From NCBI GenBank assembly GCA_001029755.1, contig CP011214.1:65754-129753 (forward strand): a DNA stretch of 64,000 nt. Reading direction: 5' to 3'. Shown here one piece after another: positions 57,199 through 64,000 of the stretch. Made by a program: the position numbers and the translations under genes. Every line of letters begins with the position of its first letter. Position 1 is the first letter of the stretch. The notes under the pieces are model-generated. The model saw only the letters and a program-made list of their open reading frames with translations, was not told where the DNA came from and did no database searches. This DNA is from Candidatus Woesebacteria bacterium GW2011_GWF1_31_35. GTDB taxonomy: Bacteria > Patescibacteriota > Microgenomatia > UBA8517.

Positions 57199-58245
57199 AT
57201 GACCACACTGACCCAAGCATCCATAGGTTCTAGAAAAATAATTCGTTATTCTATTTATCTAATAATTTTTTTAATAATTGGAAGGATTGTACTGATTGCT
57301 GGAATAGGAATTTATAAAAAAGTCTTTCCACCAGCTCCAACTCCAGCCACCGTATCATTTGGTAGACTTTCAAAGCTTCCATTTCCTGAAAAACAAAAGT
57401 TTGCATTAAATTTTACAGTGGAGACTCCAGAAGGAGGAATTCCAAATTTTCCTCCTCAATCAAAAGTCTTTTTCATGCCTAAAATTTCGTCAAATTTATT
57501 ATCTTTAGATTTTGCAAAAGAAAAGGCAGAAAAATTAAATTTCAATCCAGACCCTCAAAAAATAACTGAATCTATATATAAGTTTTACCATAAATTTGCC
57601 CCAGCAGTACTTGAAACTGACATCATAACTGGGGCTTTTTCAATTAGCTATGATCTTAAAATTGACCCAACTCCTCTTTCTGTTAGACCAAACCAGCCAG
57701 AAGTTTCTGCTTCAACCATAAGATCATTTCTTTCAAATGCAGGATTATTACCAAGTGATTTAACAGGTCAAATTGAATATCAATACTTAAAAACAAAAGA
57801 CGGAGTCTTTGTTCCGGCACTTTCATTATCAGATGCCAATATAATTAGAGTTAATCTTTTTAGGAAATCGTATGATAACCTACCTGTTATTTCAAATTCC
57901 TTTAAAGAATCAAATATTTGGTTTCTAGTAAGTGGTTTAAGAGAAAGAGGAAAAGATGTCATAGCTGGGGAATATCATTATTTTCCAGTTGACGAAAGTC
58001 AATCAGCAACTTATCCAATTAAAACAGGTGATGTAGCTTGGCAAGAATTTTCAAGTGGAAATTATTATCCAGAGTCCCTTGGAGCAACTGTAGAAAATGA
58101 AAATATAAAAATAAGGAAAATATATTTAGCATATTATGATCCAGGAGTTTACACAGAATTTTTGCAACCTGTTTTTGTTTTTGAGGGAGACAAAAACTTT
58201 GTAGGGTTAGTTCCTGCTATAACTCCAGACTATTATGGTGAATAG
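57199..58245 (+). CDS. Membrane-anchored hypothetical protein
   Basis: N-terminal TM, 348-aa ORF. Confidence 0.7.
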   Translation: MTTLTQASIGSRKIIRYSIYLIIFLIIGRIVLIAGIGIYKKVFPPAPTPATVSFGRLSKLPFPEKQKFALNFTVETPEGGIPNFPPQSKVFFMPKISSNLLSLDFAKEKAEKLNFNPDPQKITESIYKFYHKFAPAVLETDIITGAFSISYDLKIDPTPLSVRPNQPEVSASTIRSFLSNAGLLPSDLTGQIEYQYLKTKDGVFVPALSLSDANIIRVNLFRKSYDNLPVISNSFKESNIWFLVSGLRERGKDVIAGEYHYFPVDESQSATYPIKTGDVAWQEFSSGNYYPESLGATVENENIKIRKIYLAYYDPGVYTEFLQPVFVFEGDKNFVGLVPAITPDYYGE

Positions 58246-59144
58246 GTAACTTTTTCCCAAGAATAGTTACTATAAATCCAATCAATCAATTCTTTTGTTT
58301 CACCAAATCTATCTGAACTTCCTAGAACAACGATCATTACTTTTTTTCCATTTCTATCAATATATGTAACAAGATTTTCTCTAGCATTTTCAGTCCATCC
58401 AGTTTTAACACCTAAAACTCCATCTACACTTCCTAATAATTTATTTATATTTACTAATTTATGAGACATTTTTCCATTTACACTCTTAACTAATTCCTCT
58501 TTTGTTCCTACAATTTTTGAAAAAACAGGATCCTTCATTGCCACTTTTGAAATTGTTATTAAATCTCTAGCGGTTGAATAATGGTTAAATTCATCCAATC
58601 CAGAGGGATTTGAAAAATGAGTATTATTAAGTCCTAAATCTTTAGCCTTTTTATTCATTAAAGCTATAAAAAGTTCTCTTCCACCTGGATGATTATTAGC
58701 TAAAACTTCAGCAGCATCATTTGATGAGTAAATTAAAAGTCCTTTTAAAAGATCTATAAATTTTATTTCTTCTCCCCAAACTAATCCCATTTTTTGACCA
58801 ACTATATTAATTTTTCCTACCTTTAAAACTTGATCTGAACTGTAGGTATCAAGTGAAACCAATGCTGTCATTATCTTTGTAGTAGATGCAGGAAAAAGGG
58901 TCTTTTGTGGATCTTTTTCATAAAGATAAACTCCTGATATTAAATCAACCGCTAAAACAGATTGGGCAGAAAGTATTGGATAATTAACACCTTCTTTTAA
59001 TACAGGAATATCTGAAAAGGCCTGGGTTTTAGCTATTGGATAGATATTTGGAATAATATCTCTAAATCCAGAATTTAATGAAATTGCTGAAGTTGAAATT
59101 AAAATAAACGACAATAATGATAAATAGAGAAGATTAATTTTCAT
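58233..59144 (-). CDS. dacA: D-alanyl-D-alanine carboxypeptidase (S11)
   Basis: PASTTK, SSNDAA, KTG motifs. Confidence 0.92.
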   Translation of the reverse strand: MKINLLYLSLLSFILISTSAISLNSGFRDIIPNIYPIAKTQAFSDIPVLKEGVNYPILSAQSVLAVDLISGVYLYEKDPQKTLFPASTTKIMTALVSLDTYSSDQVLKVGKINIVGQKMGLVWGEEIKFIDLLKGLLIYSSNDAAEVLANNHPGGRELFIALMNKKAKDLGLNNTHFSNPSGLDEFNHYSTARDLITISKVAMKDPVFSKIVGTKEELVKSVNGKMSHKLVNINKLLGSVDGVLGVKTGWTENARENLVTYIDRNGKKVMIVVLGSSDRFGETKELIDWIYSNYSWEKVTYSP

Positions 59145-60525
59145 TTACTTTAATTCCGAGTTCTTTTAGCTGGTCTTTGGAAGTTTCACTTGGCGCATCC
59201 AATACTGAAGTCTGACCAGACGATGAAGTTGGATATGCCATAACTTCCCTTACACTTGGTTCATTTAAAATAGCCATCATAAATCTATCAAGTCCTGGGG
59301 CAATTCCACCATGAGGAGGAACACCGAATGTAAAGGCCTTCAACATATGTTCAAATTGATCCTTTTGTTTCTCTGAAAATCCAATAAGCTTAAATATTTT
59401 TTCCTGAACCTTTGGATCACTTATTCTAATACTCCCACCACCAACTTCAAGGCCGTTTAAGACCATATCATGTTGTAAACCTCTCACTTTTCCAGGATCT
59501 GTTTCCAATAAATTTAAATCATCAGGATGAGGAGACGTAAACATATGGTGAGATGGTGCCCATTTTGCTTGTCCTGAACCATAAAAAAAATCTTCTTTTG
59601 ATTGTTCTGTAAAGAGTGGAAAATCCAAAACCCAACAAAATGCTAATTCGTTTGGATCATTTTTATCCTTTCGAAGATCAGGTTTGTCATTACCATATTT
59701 TTCTTTAGCCTCTTTATGAGAAATTCTTGGCCAAGGACTTTGAAAAATCTTTTTTTCAGGAAATATTTCTTTAACAAGTTCGGAAAACATCTTTTCGGCT
59801 AAATTTAAAATATCTTCTTGTTCCACAAAGGACATTTCCATATCAAGTTGTGTAAATTCACCATAAGCTCTATCTTTTCTAGGATCTTCATCTCTAAAAC
59901 ATCTAGCAAATTGAAAATATCTCTCCATTCCAGCAACCATTAAAAGTTGTTTATATTGTTGTGGAGATTGGGGAAGAGCATAAAATTTACCTTGTTGTAA
60001 TCTTGAAGGTACTAAAAAGTCTCTAGCTCCCTCAGGAGTAGTTTTAGTTAAAATAGGTGTTTCGATTTCTACAAAATCATTATTAGTTAGCCAATTTCGT
60101 AAAAACTGTGTAACTTTAGAACGAATTCTAATATTTCTGGTCATTCTTGGTCTTCTTAAATCAAGATATCTATATTTGTTTCTTATTTCCTCATCAATTT
60201 CATATCCATCACCATCTATTGGTAAAGGTAGTTCCTGAGCTAGAGAAATAACATTTAATTTTTCCATTTGAATCTCAATTTTGCCTGTATCAATATTGGC
60301 ATTTACTAATTTTTCCGGTCTTTTTACAACCTTCCCTTCAATCTCAATAACACTTTCTGTTGTAACTTTTGCTAAATTTGTCCCCACACACTGAATTATT
60401 CCTGTTCTATCACGAAGATCTATAAAAGTAATCTTTCCATGATCTCTAATTGTTGATACCCAACCTTCAAGCTTGACCTTTTCATCTACATTTTTAATAG
60501 TATCCACAACCAATGTTCTTTGCAT
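59134..60525 (-). CDS. aspS: Aspartate--tRNA ligase, compact bacterial type
   Basis: RDHG, YRYLDLRR, TPEGARDFLVPSR, PQSPQQYKQ, GGGSIR, PPHGG. Confidence 0.96.
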   Translation of the reverse strand: MQRTLVVDTIKNVDEKVKLEGWVSTIRDHGKITFIDLRDRTGIIQCVGTNLAKVTTESVIEIEGKVVKRPEKLVNANIDTGKIEIQMEKLNVISLAQELPLPIDGDGYEIDEEIRNKYRYLDLRRPRMTRNIRIRSKVTQFLRNWLTNNDFVEIETPILTKTTPEGARDFLVPSRLQQGKFYALPQSPQQYKQLLMVAGMERYFQFARCFRDEDPRKDRAYGEFTQLDMEMSFVEQEDILNLAEKMFSELVKEIFPEKKIFQSPWPRISHKEAKEKYGNDKPDLRKDKNDPNELAFCWVLDFPLFTEQSKEDFFYGSGQAKWAPSHHMFTSPHPDDLNLLETDPGKVRGLQHDMVLNGLEVGGGSIRISDPKVQEKIFKLIGFSEKQKDQFEHMLKAFTFGVPPHGGIAPGLDRFMMAILNEPSVREVMAYPTSSSGQTSVLDAPSETSKDQLKELGIKVNEN

Positions 60526-60556
60526 ATATTATGTATTGTAAATTTAAGATTAACTC

Positions 60557-60725
60557 TTGACAAGGAGCATATGTATTTCATAATATACAAATTGTTCCTA
60601 AAAAAATTAAGATGAAGCTTATTAATCAAATTAAAACAATTAATTTCCTCTTTATTAAATAAAGGGGTTTGTTTTATTTGAAATTTATAAAAAAATACAA
60701 ACCTCTTAAAAAAAGAGGTTTTTTT
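60557..60725 (+). promoter_or_regulatory. Putative promoter, leader peptide and attenuator
   Basis: TTGACA at 60557; 16-codon ORF 60612-60662; mutually exclusive stems; terminator AAACCTCTT-AAAAA-AAGAGGTTT-TTTT. Confidence 0.6.
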
Positions 60726-60742
60726 ATTGAAAAAATATAAAT

Positions 60743-60937
60743 ATGGATAATGAACAAAAATTAAAAGCCGAATCCTATATGTTCGAATTGCAAAAAAAAA
60801 TAGCAAACCCAGGTCAAAAGATTGATCTAACTTTATGGTCAATTGTCGAAGATCGTGATGGTAAAATTTGGATCAAAAAAGAAAGTCCCGATGGAATAAA
60901 CGGGACAATGTATCCAGTACTATTGACAAGGGGGTGA
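60743..60937 (+). CDS. Small hypothetical protein
   Basis: 64-aa ORF after the attenuator-like leader. Confidence 0.55.
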   Translation: MDNEQKLKAESYMFELQKKIANPGQKIDLTLWSIVEDRDGKIWIKKESPDGINGTMYPVLLTRG

Positions 60938-60944
60938 ATAATAT

Positions 60945-61145
60945 ATGACAGAAAAATATTTATTAGGAGTTAACACAGAAATATTAATTAAACCTGTCAA
61001 ACCAGGTCTTTATACAGTAGCCGACCAGGCCAGAGGGTTTGGTGTTCCAGAAACAGAATTAACAACTGATAAAGAAAATGCTGTTCCTCCAGCAGGTTTA
61101 CCTGAGAAATTTTGGGAAAGTTTAGGAATAGGTAAAAAAAATTAA
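60945..61145 (+). CDS. Small hypothetical protein
   Basis: 66-aa ORF preceded by AGGGGGTGA. Confidence 0.55.
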   Translation: MTEKYLLGVNTEILIKPVKPGLYTVADQARGFGVPETELTTDKENAVPPAGLPEKFWESLGIGKKN

Positions 61146-62755
61146 GTTATATTAATATCTTTAATTTTTAGTTGGATTAAAGACCTATTATTCCAAGTAT
61201 TTTCTTCTGTGGTGTAGGCAATATCAATCAATTTTGTTTTTTGATTTATTTTTGATAAATCATAATTAAACCATACGGCATCTAAAGTGATTTTGCTTTG
61301 TCTAATTTTTAATTTTAGATGTTTCCCATCTGACCCTATTGATTTACTTTCTATTATTTCTGCCTTTTTAGTCATAAAAACAGGTTGAAAATTTCCATAA
61401 CCTGTTGGTTCAAATTTTTTTAACAAATCAATAAGTTTTTGATCTATTTGCCTAAAATCAAGACTCATATCAATTTTTAATTTTTTAGATAAAATTCCAT
61501 CAGTTAATAAGGGTTTTGATATTTTAATTAACTTTTTAGTAAATTCCTCAATTTTTTCAGTCTTAATTGAAAATCCAGCAGCCATTGGATGTCCTCCACC
61601 TTCTAAAATAAGTTTTGTAGATTTAATTACTTCAATAATATTGAATCCGTAAATTGATCTTGCTGATGCTTTAGAAATTTCTTTATTAATTGAAAAAACA
61701 ACTGAAGGTCTATAATATTTTTCAGTAACTTTACCAGAAGCAAGTCCAATTACCCCTTCATTATAATCTCCTGAAATAACGATAATTTCATTACTTTCTA
61801 CCTTTACTTGTTTTAGAGCTTTATTTAATACCTCATCAACAATTTTTTGTCTTTGAACATTTGTTTCACCTAATATCTTCGCTAAATCAAATGCTTTTTT
61901 AGAATCTTTTGTACAAAGAAGTCTTAATGAATCTAGGGCATTGGCAAGCCTTCCCATTGCATTAATTCTAGGAGCTAAAATATAACCTATTTCATAAACA
62001 CCAACTTTAGTTAATTTTGATTCATTAATCAAAGCTTTCAGACCAATTCTCCCCGTCTTACTTAATTCTTCAAGTCCCCACTTTACAATTGATCTATTAA
62101 CACCAATAAGTTGCATTTGGTCTGAAATAGTTCCAATAGCCGCTAATTCCAATCCCTTTATTTTTTTACTAAATTGACTAGATAAAACGTATGCAAGCGC
62201 TGATCCACAAATCTTTGTTGAATGAAGGATAAATTTTGTAGTAAGTTTCTTATCACCTAAAGTATGATGATCACAAACAATAACATCAATTCCTAAGTCT
62301 TTAGCTTTTGAAATTGCATCATATGCAACAATTCCATTATCGACAGTGATTATTAATTTTATTGGAGAACTTTTTTTATCTTCTTCATATTTTTCTTTTA
62401 ATTTATTTATACTTTCAACTTTAATACCATATCCTTCAGAAAACCTATTGGGAATATATGGTAAACAATCAAAACCTAATGAATATAGATTTTCCCAAAG
62501 AATTGCAGTAGCGCATATTCCATCACAATCATAATCTCCAAAAATTACTATTCTTTCATTTTTCTTTTTAGCTTCTTTTAATCTTTTAACAACTTCTTTT
62601 AATTTGTTTTTGTTAATTCCAAATTCTTCCAAAGAAATATCAAGGGGATTTCTAGGTTTTAAAAAATCTTCTTTTTCTTTTTTTGACTTTATTCCCCTAT
62701 TATCAAGAAGAGTTTTTGTAATGTCTTTAGATTCACTTAATATCTGCCATTTCAT
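61142..62755 (-). CDS. recJ: ssDNA exonuclease RecJ
   Basis: GDYDCDG, TVDNG, DHH, PRINAMGR, GGHPMAAG. Confidence 0.96.
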   Translation of the reverse strand: MKWQILSESKDITKTLLDNRGIKSKKEKEDFLKPRNPLDISLEEFGINKNKLKEVVKRLKEAKKKNERIVIFGDYDCDGICATAILWENLYSLGFDCLPYIPNRFSEGYGIKVESINKLKEKYEEDKKSSPIKLIITVDNGIVAYDAISKAKDLGIDVIVCDHHTLGDKKLTTKFILHSTKICGSALAYVLSSQFSKKIKGLELAAIGTISDQMQLIGVNRSIVKWGLEELSKTGRIGLKALINESKLTKVGVYEIGYILAPRINAMGRLANALDSLRLLCTKDSKKAFDLAKILGETNVQRQKIVDEVLNKALKQVKVESNEIIVISGDYNEGVIGLASGKVTEKYYRPSVVFSINKEISKASARSIYGFNIIEVIKSTKLILEGGGHPMAAGFSIKTEKIEEFTKKLIKISKPLLTDGILSKKLKIDMSLDFRQIDQKLIDLLKKFEPTGYGNFQPVFMTKKAEIIESKSIGSDGKHLKLKIRQSKITLDAVWFNYDLSKINQKTKLIDIAYTTEENTWNNRSLIQLKIKDINIT

Positions 62756-62776
62756 ACTGGTATAATAATATAACAT

Positions 62777-64000
62777 ATGAATTTTACTCTTCCAGAAGCT
62801 GTTTTAGAAACACTAGACAAATTTGATTCAAAAGGATTTGAAATTTACATTGTAGGTGGTGCTATAAGAGATCTTTTAATGGGAAAAATAGTATCTGATT
62901 GGGATTTTACAACTAATGCTACCCCAGAACAAATTTTAAAAATTATTCCCGATGGATTTTACGATAATATATTCGGTACTGTAGGAATTACAATTGAAGG
63001 TTTTACCAAACCATTTGAAATAACCACCTATAGAACTGAATACGGGTATTCTGATAATAGAAGACCAGATAAGGTTTCTTGGGGTAAAATATTAGAAGAA
63101 GATCTTAAAAGACGTGATTTTACAATTAACGCCATGGCTATAGATAAAAATCTTAAAATTATTGATCTATATGATGGACAAAAAGACTTAAAAAATAAAT
63201 TAATTAGAGCAGTTGGTGATCCAAACGAAAGATTTAGGGAAGATTCTCTTAGAATGATGAGAGCTGTAAGAATTGCTGGGGAATTAGAATTTACAATTGA
63301 AGAAAAAACTTTTGAGGCAATTATTAATAATGCTAGTTTAATTAATAAAATTGCTAAAGAGAGGATAAAAATTGAACTCTTTAAAATTTTAAAATGTAAT
63401 AATCCTTACAAGGCAATTTTACAATTTAAAGAAAGTGGACTAATGGAAGAATTGTTACCAGAACTTATTAAATGTTTTGGAGTAGAACAAAAATCTCCCA
63501 GTAGACACCATATTTATGATGTTGGAAATCACCTTTTAATGGCCTTAAAAGAATGCAAATCAGATGATCCAGTAGTAAGATTTGCAACACTAATTCACGA
63601 CATAGGAAAACCACAGACTTATAAAAAACTCTCTACCGGGGTAATTACTTTTTACAATCATGAAATGGTTTCTACTAAAATTGCAATTAATATTGCAGAT
63701 AGACTTAAATTTTCTGCCAAGGAAAGAGATAAATTTGTAATTTTAGTTCGTTTTCATCAATTTACTGTTGATGAAAATCAAACAGATTCTGCAATTAGAA
63801 GATTTATTAAAAACACAGGAATTGAAAACATCGAAGATATGCTTTCTTTAAGAGTTGCGGATAGACTTGGTGGTGGAGCTTCTGAAACTTCTTGGAGACT
63901 AGAAGAATTTAAAAAAAGATTGACTGAAGTTCAAAAACAACCTTTTTCAATTAAAGATTTAAAAATTAATGGAACTGACATAATGAAAACTCTAAATATT
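62777..64000 (+). CDS. cca: CCA-adding tRNA nucleotidyltransferase with HD domain (runs off the window end)
   Basis: Manual translation: YIVGGAIRDLL..DWDFTT, EITTYRTE, EDLKRRDFTINAMA, EDSLRMMRA, LIHDIGKP. Confidence 0.92.
   Translation, partial: MNFTLPEAVLETLDKFDSKGFEIYIVGGAIRDLLMGKIVSDWDFTTNATPEQILKIIPDGFYDNIFGTVGITIEGFTKPFEITTYRTEYGYSDNRRPDKVSWGKILEEDLKRRDFTINAMAIDKNLKIIDLYDGQKDLKNKLIRAVGDPNERFREDSLRMMRAVRIAGELEFTIEEKTFEAIINNASLINKIAKERIKIELFKILKCNNPYKAILQFKESGLMEELLPELIKCFGVEQKSPSRHHIYDVGNHLLMALKECKSDDPVVRFATLIHDIGKPQTYKKLSTGVITFYNHEMVSTKIAINIADRLKFSAKERDKFVILVRFHQFTVDENQTDSAIRRFIKNTGIENIEDMLSLRVADRLGGGASETSWRLEEFKKRLTEVQKQPFSIKDLKINGTDIMKTLNI

Noticed and set aside
1344-62534. Many short opposite-strand ORFs (e.g. 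1344..1640, 8637..9020, 21428..21802, 30376..30675, 42724..43071, 45596..46000, 60486..60842)
   Set aside because: Shadows of well-supported genes, or low-complexity translations
1-64000. CRISPR array, rRNA, reverse transcriptase/DGR, IS transposase
   Set aside because: No regularly spaced repeats or diagnostic motifs seen by eye

Overview
An AT-rich bacterial chromosome segment with gene content and style typical of Patescibacteria/CPR (Microgenomates-like; this assignment is inference), read with the standard code 11. Most of the window is housekeeping: sortase, galE, ftsEX plus an M23 protein, prfB, tgt, secA, rarA, serS, lysS, greA, lon, gltX, dacA, aspS, recJ and cca. Two more GC-rich islands start at the 3' ends of tRNA genes. 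Island 1 (tRNA-Glu, ~24.8-27.8 kb) is a decayed element with a serine-recombinase remnant and nucleotide-processing cargo. Island 2 (tRNA-Gln, ~33.7-48.1 kb) carries a restriction-modification pair, an intact large serine recombinase, a C-protein-like XRE, a ParB-methylase/TerS/TerL module with no portal or capsid genes, LexA, and an MBL-hydrolase/TM pair. The most striking signal is that both islands end in the same ~130-bp non-coding element (inverted/direct TGTCTCA repeats, a promoter and a covarying hairpin). That element stops at a 4-bp word matching the 3' end of the respective tRNA, suggesting a family of serine-recombinase elements that target different tRNA 3' ends. Other notable items are a textbook-looking leader-peptide attenuator upstream of two unknown small genes, a circularly permuted M23 peptidase, a TGT with an altered pocket and a gene split by one in-frame TGA. 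All assignments are by eye, with no database searches.
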